Shown: piece after piece, positions 29,473 through 42,100 of the stretch
How positions within the stretch are numbered: position 1 is the stretch's first letter
Layout: each line of letters begins with the position of its first letter
Assembly: GCA_002269645.1 (NCBI GenBank)
Contig: NIVC01002830.1
Span: 1 to 64,000 of the forward strand
DNA: 64,000 nucleotides
Direction: 5' to 3'
Source: Macrostomum lignano
Taxonomy: Eukaryota
Notes under the pieces: generated by a model
What the model was told of the DNA's origin: nothing
Databases searched by the model: none
What the model saw: the letters and a program-made list of their open reading frames with translations, nothing else
Program-made: the position numbers and the translations under genes

Positions 29473-32400
29473 TTAGTTGTATGGCACGCAGCAGCACACA
29501 TAGCTATGAGCGCTGTGGCGCTGGAGCATCTCTGGAGAGGCGCATTCAATGTGCATCCATGAGTCACAGAGGTCGCATTGTAGCCAAGTACCACTCTCTC
29601 TGGCTTCTGCTTCGTTGCAGAGTATGCACGAGTTTGCGTTTCCATTATTCGAATAGGCTGTGCCTTCTAAATATTCCCAAATATGGGTTCTTGCTTTGTT
29701 AAAAAATTGCCTCGAAGTTGGAAAGCACGAAGACCTGAATTCATTATCGTTAGATGTGATCAATACTTTTGCGTAAAAGCACACAAAGACTCCACAGTTG
29801 TAGCCATCTGCTTGAATGGATCTTAGCATCGATTTATTCCTATATTTTCCTTGAACACTAGGAACGCACATCTTTACTTGGGCCGTGTTGATGAACCTGT
29901 GCCAAAGCTCAATGTATCGATTCGTTATGTCGCTGTTCCTAATTGGCCTTGTGTCTAAGACTGCAAGTTGCTTTGTGTTCAAATCAATATAGACTAAGTG
30001 AAAGTGGTCGTTTTCTAAAATGGGACTCAGTAGGCGCTTGCAACCGGTTGAAACAGTGTTCTGTAGCATCCTCAGTGCATCATTCGAATCTACGTTTCGG
30101 ATGCAGCTGAAGAAGCTGGACGGCAAGTGACCAACTTCACGATCCGGGTTGCTAACGCAGAGAAGATGGAAAAAGGCATTCACGATGCCGATGGACAGCC
30201 ACTGCCCTGGTGCTAACGAATCTTTGTCGTACCTGCTCAGGAAGTCTCCCGCCCGAGTGTACCAAACCTCTGAGTGCTCTTGGTCGTGCGTGCCTGATGG
30301 ACCAGATGTCATTGGGTTGGTACGGTGGGCTCTTTGACTTGTTTTCTGCCGTTTATATTTCGAGCGCGTATTTGATTCACGTTTTTTCCACTCCTCCTGG
30401 CATGATGAAATGTCCTCACGCTTTCTCTTTCGTCCTGACAATGTAGCATTTCCACACTTGTTAAATATATTGAATGCAGATATGCGAGCTTTCAAGTACT
30501 TCAACTGCATCTCAACAAAGCATGTCGTGCGCACTCTCTTTCCTCTCTTTGATATGCGTGATTTCACGTCGGCAAAGTATGATTCAACGTATGAATTTGA
30601 AAACCAGCTCTTTTTCTTCTCAAATCTTTTTAGAGCAGCTATAAAATGACAAAAGAGAGGCGCCAGGCTGCACCAGTTTTTTAGAAGGTAAATCAGCAGC
30701 TGCGGAGAATAATATTTTTCGAAAGGCGTGTTAGAAGGCTCAGTGCTGTCAATTATTTTCTGCCTTGCCAGAAACAGGCTAAAGAATGGCGAGTTTTCTC
30801 GGAGCGATTTAATTCGAATAGCATGTGATTTATCATCACAAGGTTTGGGTTTTTTTACTTTTTCGTTTATGTCTAGCAAAATGTTTTCATCGGTTGTGGT
30901 GTGAGTCGTTTCCCATTGATTGATTTGATTTATTAAGTCCCGAGGATGGCGCTGCCCTAGGAATGTTTCTGTTACGATATTCAATGTGAACTCAAACGCC
31001 TCAAAGGTTTCCTTCGACAGTTCCTTTTGCTTTGATGCCTCGGGCAAATGCATGAATTGCATGATTAGTGCAAATAAACGGAATCGTGTACGATATGGAC
31101 CTCCCACTGTGAACTGCCTCGAATGAATCGACCAGGTATTCCTCTAAGCTGTTTCCAAATGACCGACAAACTGAATGCAACATCGCCCATGAAAAGTCGG
31201 TGACAATTACAGCCGGCATAAACACGTATGACATCAGTGTGCCGGAAGCGAGTGCTCCTAAATCAGCTCGCACAGAGAATAGGAAATGTTGAATTGATTT
31301 TGTTTTATGATCGCTTGTAACCATCTGAGCCACTGGTACACTGATGTTTCCTGGTTGGCGGAGGGAAGTACTAGGGAGTACAGCATCATCTTTTTGCCTA
31401 GGCGCTGGATCTTTTTGAAAAGGCCGCCAGTCGCGTCAAGATGCAATACACACTGAGGCCTGTTGACTATTAATTCAAGTTGCTTTTCCAGATACAAATG
31501 AATGTGAAAAGGGCGACGTGATGTGGCTTGAATGTAGCCTAGCACGTACTTACTCTCCACATCTGTATCGTGCAAAATTTGCTGCTGCACAGAGAGTTCG
31601 ACTTCAACATTATTGTGGAGACGATCTTCAGCAGAGACAATGCGCTTTGCATTGACGCGCCGAATGGCTTCTAAATTCTTTGCTCTTGAGAAGTTGTACT
31701 CGTCTCTGTCTCTCTTAGACATTTCGGAAAGAAGCCTATCGTGAACCTCTGTTGGTGCATCGGCTTCAAGCAGCTTCGTTATCTTTTGCGCCTCCGCAGG
31801 GGTCATTCTCGAAATCGTAGCTTTTTGGTGACATTTTCTGCCCCTGCTATGTACCACTACCTCCACTGGCTGATTTGAGGTAGGTACGTTGGAAATTCTG
31901 AAATCGTCAACAATCTCGCAACCAGCGTGCTGACAAAAAGCGACTTGTTTTAAAAAATATTTTGGGTTTTGCCTTTTGGAACACGGAAAGTTCACATAGC
32001 GATTTTTGAATTTTAACACACAATTACTTCCCTGTTCACTAGCAGAGCAATAGCTTCGATAGTTTTCCCTCAACGTATCTAGCCACCATGATGCTGCACT
32101 CCGCGTGAGTGCAGCATAATTCTTCTGACTCTGCCTAATTTTCATATTTTTTTGCCACACATCAAAAGACAACTTAATAATAAAATTCGAATAATGAAAT
32201 TGCTTCACAACATCACTGCTCTCCGCATCATCACTCCGACCAGCATCACTCCCAACATCATCACTCACAACATCATCACTCCCAGCATCATCACTCCCAG
32301 CAGCATCACTCCCAACATCATCACTCCCAGCAGCATCACTCCCAACATCATCACTCCCAGCAGCATCACTCCCAGCATCATCAATCCCAACATCATCACT

Positions 32401-33750
32401 CCCAGCATCATCACTCCCAGCATCATCACTCACAACATCACCACTCCCAGCAGCATCACTCCCAGCAGCATCACTCCCAGCATCATCACTCCCAACATCA
32501 TCACTCCCAGCATCATCACTCCCAGCATCATCACTCACAACATCACCACTCCCAGCAGCATCACTCCCAGCAGCATCACTCCCAGCATCATCACTCCCAA
32601 CATCATCACTCCCAGCATCATCACTCCCAGCAGCATCACTCTCTGCATTATCACTCCCAACATCATCACTCCCAGCAGCATCACTCACAACATCATCACT
32701 CCCAGCAGCATCACTCCCAACATCATCACTCCCAGCACCAGCCCTCCTAGCAGCACCAACAACACCGGCAGCACTCCTCCCAGCAACACAGGCAACACCA
32801 GCAACACCAGCAACACCAGCAGCACCAGCAGCACTCCTCCCAGCAACAGAAGCAGCACTCCTCCCAGCAACACCGACAGCACTCCTCCCAGCAACACCAG
32901 CAGCACTCCTCCCAGCAACACCAGCAGCACTCCTCCCAGCAACATCAGCAGCACCAGCAGCACTCCTCCCAGCAACACCAGCAGCACCTCTCAAAGCAAC
33001 ACCAGCAGCACTCCTCCCAGCAGCACAAGCAGCACTCCTCCCAGCAACACCAGCAGCACCCCTCAAAGCAACACCAGCAGCACCTCTCAAAGCAACACCA
33101 GCAGCACCAGCAGCACTCCTCCCAGCAACACCAGCAGCACTCCTCCCAGCAACACCAGCAGCACTCCTCCCAGCAACAGAAGCAGCACTCCTCCCAGCAA
33201 CAGAAGCAGCACTTCTCCCAGCAGCACAAGCAGCACTCCTCCCAGCAACACCAGCAGCACCCCTCAAAGCAACACCAGCAGCACCTCTCAAAGCAACACC
33301 AGCAGCACCAGCAGCACTCCTCCCAGCAGCACCAGCAGCACTCCTCCCAGCAACACCAGCAGCACTCCTCCCAGCAACAGAAGCAGCACTCCTCGCGGCA
33401 ACACCAGCAGCAACCCACAAAGCAACACCAGCAGCACCAGCAGCACTCCTCCCAGCAACACCAGCAGCACCCCTCAAAGCAACACCAGCAGCACCTCTCA
33501 AAGCAACACCATCAGCACCTCTCAAAGCAACACCAGCAGCACCCCTCAAAGCAACACCAGCAGCACCAGCAGCACTCCTACCAGCAACAAAAGAAGGTTT
33601 CCTCCTATCATTTGGAATAGAAAATTTGTTACTAGATTTAGTCGGTATAGTTGACTTACCTCCAACGAGCTTCCTTTGGTAGAATAGCCATACAATTCGA
33701 CGATTTTCTAAACTATTTTTTGCTGAGATTTTTGAAAGATTTGCCCGCAA
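29473..33750 (-). pseudogene. NOF/Rehavkus-type MULE transposase with C-terminal Ulp1 (C48 SUMO-protease) and PHD finger; two or more frameshifts
   Basis: LHLDATG (D1, ~31440), IVTDFS (D2, ~31200), ICTNH (CxxH), FSNSYVESYF (E, ~30585). Ulp1 motifs GQWL..IVN, NDHFHLVYID..VLDT, QADGYNCG (~30230-29750). PHD CILC..WLQCDLCDSWMHIEC..YVC (~29628-29480). Frameshifts at ~31340 and ~31020. The 5' exon is unresolved. Confidence 0.9.
32205..33590 (-). repeat. Two abutting in-frame coding minisatellites: 15-bp (SDDAG-type) and 24-bp (GRSAAGVA / LRGAAGVA)
   Basis: CCCAGCATCATCACT-type units at ~32205-32735 and CCCAGCAACACCAGCAGCACTCCT-type units at ~32736-33590. Both unit lengths are multiples of 3. Confidence 0.95.
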
Positions 33751-34443
33751 GCACCATATGGGCAGCGAAAGGACTTTCTAAGACTTTCGTCACTGTACTC
33801 TTGAAACAAATTTTTGGACAAATCCAGAAACGATATGCGCCGATTGTGCGTTCCGTCACAAAGCAACACAAGAGCAGCCAGTAGGCAAATGCGAATGAAG
33901 AGACTCATGATTTGAAAGACAAGACAGAAAGCTATGATGGCGAGTTTAAGTTGGACAACAATGAAAGCAGCTGCATATATGGAGTGAGCAATGGGGAATC
34001 GTCGTCCATGGAATTAAGCAGAAGCATCCTTATTGGACGATCCATTCAATCGGGCAGATCTAAGCGTAAAGCTCTTTCATACCATGAGACTAACCACATA
34101 AGAATTGGGGGCTTACAGACGGGGTTTAGTGCGGCGAACAGGAACTAAGAGGGAATAAAAACAGACAGAAGACGGCACAGAGCACATTGACAGCATCAGA
34201 CGAAAGATAAAAGTATTACAAAAAAGACACCGAAAACGTCTAACAAAAAGCACATCAAACAAAATAAACAAAAGCGACAACTTCGAACAAAGACCTATTA
34301 TCTATTAGTAATAATACAACAAGAATTACCACAAGTAATTCCAAGCTTTAACAATTGAAGTCGCAAATGGCAGTGCCGCAACAGAAGCAACACACAGCGC
34401 CCTGCCGTCTGAGAGGGGATATTGGACTGAGGGGGGCATTAAA

Positions 34444-35930
34444 GAGTCTGTAAGTTCGAACAGATGGAGCCTTGGCGTCTTGTAGGCTTCTAGATTGATA
34501 ATGTTTCCTTCCAGATCTCAGTTTTCAGCTTCGTACTCACAATGGTTCCTGTCTAAGTACACTAAAGTACTTTCTGCATATTAATGTACTGAGCAGGGGG
34601 ACTTGGGAGTCTGTAAGTTCGAGTAGGGAACAGATGGAGCCTTGGCGTCTTGTAGGCTTCTAGATTGATAATGTTTCCTTCTAGATCTCAGTTTTCAGCT
34701 TCGTACTCACAATGGTTCCTGCCGAAGTACACTAAAGTACTTTCTGCAGCTGAGTGTACTGAGCGGGGGGGACTTGGGAGTCTGTAAGTTCGAGTAGGGA
34801 ACAGATGGAGCCTTGGCGTCTTGTAGGCTTCTAGATTGATAATGTTTCCTTCCAGATCTCAGTTTTCAGCTTCGTACTCACAATGGTTCCTGTCTAAGTA
34901 CACTAAAGTACTTTCTGCATATTAATGTACTGAGCAGGGGGGACTTGGGAGTCTGTAAGTTCGAGTAGGGAACAGATGGAGCCTTGGCGTCTTGTAGGCT
35001 TCTAGATTGATAATGTTTCCTTCTAGATCTCAGTTTTCAGCTTCGTACTCACAATGGTTCCTGCCGAAGTACACTAAAGTACTTTCTGCAGCTGAGTGTA
35101 CTGAGCGGGGGGGACTTGGGAGTCTGTAAGTTCGAGTAGGGAACAGATGGAGCCTTGGCGTCTTGTAGGCTTCTAGATTGATAATGTTTCCTTCCAGATC
35201 TCAGTTTTCAGCTTCGTACTCACAATGGTTCCTGTCTAAGTACACTAAAGTACTTTCTGCATATTAATGTACTGAGCAGGGGGACTTGGGAGTCTGTAAG
35301 TTCGAGTAGGAAACAGATGGAGCCTTGGCGTCTTGTAGGCTTCTAGATTGATAATGTTTCCTTCCAGATCTCAGTTTTCAGCTTCGTACTCACAATGGTT
35401 CCTGCCGAAGTACACTAAAGTACTTTCTGCATATTAATGTACTGAGCAGGGGGGACTTGGGAGTCTGTAAGTTCGAGTAGGAAACAGATGGAGCCTTGGC
35501 GTCTTGTAGGCTTCTAGATTGATAATGTTTCCTTCCAGATCTCAGTTTTCAGCTTCGTACTCACAATGGTTCCTGCCGAAGTACACTAAAGTACTTTCTG
35601 CATATTAATGTACTGAGCAGGGCGGACTTGGGAGTCCGTAAGTTCGAGTAGGGAACAGATGGAGCCTTGGCGTCTTGTAGGCTTCTAGATTGATAATGTT
35701 TCCTTCCAGATCTCAGTTTTCAGCTTCTTACTCACAATGGTTCCTGCCGAAGTACACTAAAGTACTTTCTGCATATTAATGTACTCAGCGGGGGGACTTG
35801 AGAGTCTGTAAGTTCGAGCAGGGAACAGATGGAGCCTTGGCGTCTTGTAGGCTTCTAGATTGATAATGTTTCCTTCCAGATCTCAGTTTTCAGCTTCGTA
35901 CTCACAATGGTTCCTGCCGAAGTACACCAA
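34444..35930. repeat. MULE-2 right arm: ~8.8 copies of the 171-bp unit, inverted
   Basis: CAGATGGAGC recurs at 34461, 34631, 34802, 34973, 35144, 35314, 35485, 35656 and 35826. Confidence 0.97.
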
Positions 35931-36325
35931 AGTAATTTTGCTGAAAAATTACAGGAATTGAACATATTACATGTACAGTTTTTTGGTATATTTATATTGT
36001 ATCTATGGCGTCACCAACAATTGTTGATAGGTTTTTTAGTTTTATATATATTTGTTTTAAGGTTTTTTAGCTAGAATGTTAAATTTCGGTGTTTTACTTT
36101 TAATTTTCAAATAAGCATTTTAATAGGCATTACAAGTTATGCTGTAATGTAATTCGCTGAAACGAAATATGTTGAACGCTGTGGTAACGGTTATAATAAT
36201 TGCTAGAGTTGATTTTTACTATTTTAGACATTTTTGTAGGTTATTTTTCGTTTTTTACTTGAATTTTGTATTTTATTTTTTGGTACTGGTTCTGGTACTG
36301 GTTCTGGTACTGGGAGTATAGACGT

Positions 36326-36832
36326 ATTACAAACCAAATATATATTTGTTATAATATAATTATAACTATTTAAAATAGGAAAGATTCAATTTACTTACCC
36401 ACAAGATTTCATAGGCTTATCCATATGAATTAAATAGAAACATTGAAAATAATATGCTTGTATGAAGCATCATAAGTAAAACTAGAAAACAAACCAGCAC
36501 TGCACTCTGGTCCAGCAGACTGGCAAAAATTTTTTACTTAATCTGTGTAATTAACTTAGTTCTTACTTAGCACTACTTAGTTGTAGTGCTTGGTATAGCT
36601 TGCCCCGCCTCTCAAAAATTTTCTGATCCGCGCCTGGTCAAGTCAAGACAACTGGGACAAGATTTGCAGTATGCATTAATGCTTAATGCTTAATGCATTA
36701 ATACTTAAAGCATTTTCCGTTACTGAATGAAGGGTTGATCGAATATAAATTGCCAATTGCTTTAAGCTGGAGCGAAATATAACTTTCTATTTGGCACGCA
36801 ATAAATTGAGTCTTCGCAAATGTCTTTAGAGG
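36326..36832. repeat. Diverged direct repeat X' abutting the right end of MULE-2
   Basis: Same-orientation match to 26306-26683 from the first to the last base, with extra insertions. Confidence 0.85.
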
Positions 36833-39136
36833 TTGTTGTTTTCGCAGCAGCGTTGGGCCAGGACAAAAGCCAGGGGAAGAAGTTGAAGAACGTGCGCGCA
36901 GAGATTAGACTGAACAAAACTAGAGTAAATAAACAAATTTAATTAGTTTTTAATAAAAGTAAAGCAAACTTATATAAGTATTAGAAAAGTGTGTAACTTT
37001 AAGTATTGATAAGGTTGGATAAAGATTACTTCGATTACAGAATAAAATACGAAACTTGAAAGCAAATTATCCAAATATATTAACAGTGGAACTACCCCAC
37101 TCACGTTTCGCTAGCGAATCATTATCACATCATTTTTTTAGAAAAAATTCGCCATCGCAAAAAATATGTCTAACAAATAAACTTCTTTATTATGAATATT
37201 CGCCACGAGGTTTTGTCTCCAATTTCCGCAGAGCCTTTTTCACAGAGCATTAAAAATTGCCGATGAGAAGATAGTGCGAAAATAGCAATGTGATAGCTTT
37301 TGGAGGCATAACGCTTGCATGAATTCTTTCACCGTTTGATATTTTGAAGAGCATAATTTGTTCCACATAATATAGCAAACATTTCAAATGAATCCATGAA
37401 GAAATGATTGCACCACACTGTGCCAAAGGTTGGGAAAGTACGTTTCTGTACTTTTTTCTTTTCGCCAACAGGGTAAATGGAGTGCGATACTTGCGCCATT
37501 TTCAAAAATAGATTCTACAAAGCCCATTTTTATATTCCAATCGATTTTCACACATTCGCCACTTATTATATCAACCATAATGGACCTTCTTGTCAAAGAT
37601 CCATTTGCTGCAAAGGCGCTATGCAATAATCACGTAGTATTGTTTTTTTATTGCAATAAAAACGGATTAAGTAAGTTTATTTTCATTTTTAGAATATTTT
37701 TATGCAAACTATTGTACAATATAAAGCTTTCGCAATAATATTAATTACCCATGTTGTTGTAATAATTAGCATGCTACAATTTCAAATAGCAGTGCTTGTC
37801 ACGGCTTTATGGTCTAAGGGATAGTCCAATTATCCTACACGGTAACGCTTCAAAGTGTATTTTATACTCGTAGGCATGTGTTGCACCACATTAATTTGCT
37901 TTCAATTTTTTTAGAAAGATACTTAGCAATGTTTACTAGGGCAATGTGCATGCAACCGGGTCAAAAAATACTAAGTTGCAAAACTGTCTGCGAAAACTAA
38001 AATTAAGTGAATGAGTAGTATGGCGTAAGCTTAGTAGTATTGCGAACAAGATTCTTGAGTCGTCTTAGACTCTATTATACAGGTAAAAGTCACATTAAAC
38101 AATGAACACAACATACTTTTATTTGTGGAGTGTGGATAGCTAGCCAGTAGTAGGTATCTAAAATTTTAAGTTATGTGGAAGTAAAAGGAAGAGTAAAAAT
38201 TATGTAATTGCACCGATTCTGCTGTTATAAATTATATTTGGTTCTATATTTAAAAGAGTAAGATAAAGTAATAAAAAATAAAGCAATTAAAAGTTTTCAA
38301 AAATATTTTCTATCTCTAGTCATAATATAAACTACAAAGATAGGCTGTATTGAAAGTTACTTTGGTTATATCTATGATTAATAATTAGTTGGCTTACTTT
38401 TATTACAAAAAATTATATATAGTTTTATATAAATCAAATTCTTTATTTTATTTGTTTTGTAGCTGGTTAGGTAGTTAGTTAATTTTTTTATTTTTTCACT
38501 ATAATTTATATTAAATGATATTGTGTTTCTTCATTTTTAAACATATTTATTTCTAAAAAACAATTGGGTTTACTAGTTAGCATCTAAGATTTAAGATTTA
38601 GTGTATTGTAAAGACAAGCATTTTCTATACAATATACATATATCTAAATTAGGCAATTAGACAAGAGGGAGCTGACATTGTGATTATAGCTGTCATCTCA
38701 CATGACACTCCTCACAAAGAACTCTCACTCTCACAAATATGTTCCTCATATTCCAGATTTATCATCCATATGGTTGAAAACGGAACTCACCTAAGTAAGT
38801 CACGGTAAAATGTTTTTATTGCTCTATTCTAATATCTACAGTCACATACTCATATAGGTACATTTATTTTTAAGCACGTATCCATTAGGTTAAGAAATGA
38901 ATGCGGTCACTTATACTGTCTAGAGTTTGTAGTAAAACTTTGTTTGAGTTTGTGCATCGATTGTTCTTTTAATAACAAATTGACAACCTTCTTATGTGAG
39001 ACTTTACTTGGTGAGGAAAGATGGGTGATGGGGGTAAACTGAAATTTTTAGTATGTCTGCTGCTTAATAAAATTCTTTACTCGTGACGCATACACTACTA
39101 CTTCAATAACTTTTCTTACTTTTAGACTGGCAAGCA

Positions 39137-42100
39137 GTGTCTCTACTGGACCTCACACTGCCGTTTCGGGATGGTAGGCTAGAGCCGAAAGATTTTGCTG
39201 GCTCTCGTCTTCCCAGTTGGCGAAGCCAGGAAGACGCGCGTCTCTCTCGTTGGGCCCATTTTGTTGGATTCTATGGAAGTTATGAAAAGAATCGGAAGTG
39301 GCTTTACGACCAACTGCAGAAGGATAGCCGAGGAATTCGTGCCGCCATTCTGGAATGCTGCAAAGAACCAACCAATCCCGCTGTGTAAGTTTACGAAACC
39401 TCTCCTTGATACTTTAAAAAGTTTCAATTTAACAGTTTTAATGGGCAGATGTATGTTTCATTTTTTTCTAGATCTTCAGCTAGTCAAGATGACTTGAAGT
39501 GCACGTCTGATGGGACAGATACTGCAGACCTTGACTGTCCCACTTTCTACTATACAATTGGTCAGGACTGTGTGGTAGACGAACAAGGCCAATTGAAATC
39601 TTTCTGGCACAACGATATCATTCCGGGATTCTCCCGCCAAGAAGGTTTCTGCTGCTGCCTGTGTGTGGATAAGCGACGAATTCTGCGCTCTGACGAAGTC
39701 AAAGCGGAGTTATACTGCAGGTTTCATGCATGTGGTGCTCAATTTGTACTGTCGTCAGATGCTCAGCGACAAAACTGGCAACTGCAAGCTCTTTCAACCA
39801 TCCGTGAGCATCCAGTTGTCAGCCGTCCAGTTCGCGGACCGAGGCGTCAGGAGGTGGCGAAAGCCGTAAGACAATCCAATGCTTTCAAAGTTGTAGCTGG
39901 ACTGGCAACGGAGGGTATCAGCGCAGAGAACTTCTCTGCTAATGCAGCCCGCATCATGGCGTGCCGCGAGCAGCAGGCCGAAAACCCTTCTTCTGGAAAT
40001 CTTTTAACTGATTTGGTTAATGCCGGTGAAATTCTCCAGCCACAATACATCCGACTAGTTGGAACGTTTTTTGGGTCCGGGGAACCCCAATACGCAGCAG
40101 CCTGGCTTGACTGCGGGATTGAGCTGATGCGCACGCTGCACAGTCGGCGCCTGCCGATAGTACTGGGATTGGACTCCACCGGGGCGCCAATACGACGTGC
40201 AACGGGCAGTTCGGAAAAGTCACTTTACTACCACGCAATTGTCCTTCGCCACCCTAGGCCCGGTAGTGCCCCCATTGCACTGATGGAATTACTGACCACC
40301 TGCCAAGCAGGAGCTCTGCTGAAGTTCGTCACTGAATCGTGGTTTACGGATTTTCGACGCGCCATTCCTGGGCTGCAAGTAAAAGCAGCCGTCACCGATT
40401 ATAACCTCCCATCCATGCGTGCTCTTCTGAACTGCCTGCACGGGATGGACGTACTACCTTTTCTCCGGCACTGCATGCAGGCGCTCACAATGAACATGCC
40501 GTCAGCCGAGCTCCGTGAGTTCACAGTAGTTCAGCTGGGACGCAGTCACGTCATGCACGAATTTTGTTCTTGGCCAGAAGTTGCATCGTGCCCCCTAAAA
40601 GGCACTAAGCGTCTTTGGAAGCACGCTTTCGGTGCGCTAATCTTGAGCACCAGCTTGGATCAGGCAAAGACTATTCTGCGCGCGTTTCTAGTTATTTTGC
40701 TTGCGCCAAGCCTGGAGGGGGTGCACGTTGCTGTCACTGGAGAACGTAGAGATGAGCCACTTGCTGTTCTCCGAGATGCCATCACAGGAGAATGGCCAGG
40801 CGACGAGGCTGAGCTTCAAGAGAGAGAATTACAAGAGAGAGAGAGTATTGACTATCAGAGACCGGACAAAACTCTAATGCGCACATCTCCCTTCTGGCAA
40901 TGGGGACAGCGAGTATTGTCCGAAGTTGAAGGAGAGCTAACTTTGATGAATGAAGATGGTGAACCGAATGCCTATTTCAGCCGAGCTGTAGCTGATAAAC
41001 TTTTGAACGTAATTGTACCTTGAGGCGGCGTGTTGGTTTGCAGGGTCAGACTCTTGAGTTATTGATCTATATATTTTATTGAACCAATGAGCCAATGCCT
41101 TCTTACACCCGAAGTGTTCAGATGTACGTATTCACTCTAAGCACTTTATTTATTTTATGCCTTCTGTGCGCGCACTGCACCAACCACCCCAATATTATCA
41201 CTATCGTGTTTGCTATATATCGTTAGTTTTCTCTCGCTTTGAAATCGTGAAATACAATAGCATTTTGACCATGCATAATTAAGCTAGACTTGTTTCATTC
41301 AATCGACGACACGTCATACCTTTCCTGCCCATGGTGACTAGCGTTCTTGTTCACCCACTAAGGTATGCAAATGATGGAACGTTTTTCTCCGTTTCGCGAG
41401 AGGAGCCCGCATTCACAGAGGCTCACACAGAGAGGTGGATGGGTTTGGTGAAAAATTCCCTTTGCGAAAGTCGCCTACTGCGCAAACCAATGGATTTCTG
41501 GCGCCAACAGCACAAATATCTCCCAGGACTAATTGAGATCTATCTGCGTGATCTGGGCGTGACAGATGGGGGTCCACACTCCATGATGAGACACGAGGAG
41601 GCACCGACACCAGCACGAGCCTCAGCACCACAATTTTTCCCAAGTTTATCTCCGACTGCGCCACGTCTTGCAACTTTAGCTTCACGAGTTGCCCCAGAGC
41701 CACCTCCGGCCACGACACACACCACCTCAGTGCCACAAGTTTCCCCAGAAGGTCCTCCCGCTCCAGGACCAACTGACTCCTGTTCAGTGCCGCAATCAGG
41801 CCATTTCGCTTCAGCGCCACAAGTTGCCCCAGAAGGTCCTCCCGCTCCAGGACCAACTGACTCCTGTTCAGTGCCGCAATCAGGCCATTTCGCTTCAGCG
41901 CCCCCTCATGCGACAGGAATTCCGACGGAGGAGCTGGTGACATCAAGACTTCATCAAACTGCGCCAATACCACCTCAAGGCTCGAGCCACCGCCCCTCTC
42001 CATTTTCCCCCATGATGAATGGCCGGAGCATCACTGTGGATGGTCTGCACGAGGCCACGGTGACGAACAAAAAGCGTCGTGGAAGGAAGCCGACATACAC

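Larger units (their letters stand above)
26684..36325 (-). mobile_element. MULE-2: NOF-FB/Rehavkus-like foldback Mutator element with 171-bp tandem-repeat TIRs
   Basis: Termini ATGTCTATACTC / GAGTATAGACGT are inverted. The left arm (26684-28578, minus the solo LTR) is the reverse complement of the right arm (34444-36325). They enclose a minus-strand transposase-Ulp1-PHD gene. Confidence 0.88.

Noticed and set aside
32152-33654. 500-aa plus-strand Thr/Ser/Pro mucin-like ORF and the Cys/Trp- or Leu/Val-rich ORFs in other frames
   Set aside because: Shadow frames of the 15/24-bp minisatellites. The minus-strand frame continues into a real transposase; the others have no non-repeat domain.
34444-35930. 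CRISPR-like regular arrays (also 43763-43874, 50414-50876, 29233-29431)
   Set aside because: Units are contiguous tandem copies with no unique spacers, there are no cas genes, and the context is eukaryotic.
37250-37738. Short ORFs duplicated at 45091-45581
   Set aside because: They lie in the two MULE-3 TIRs, are AT-rich and show no recognisable motifs.
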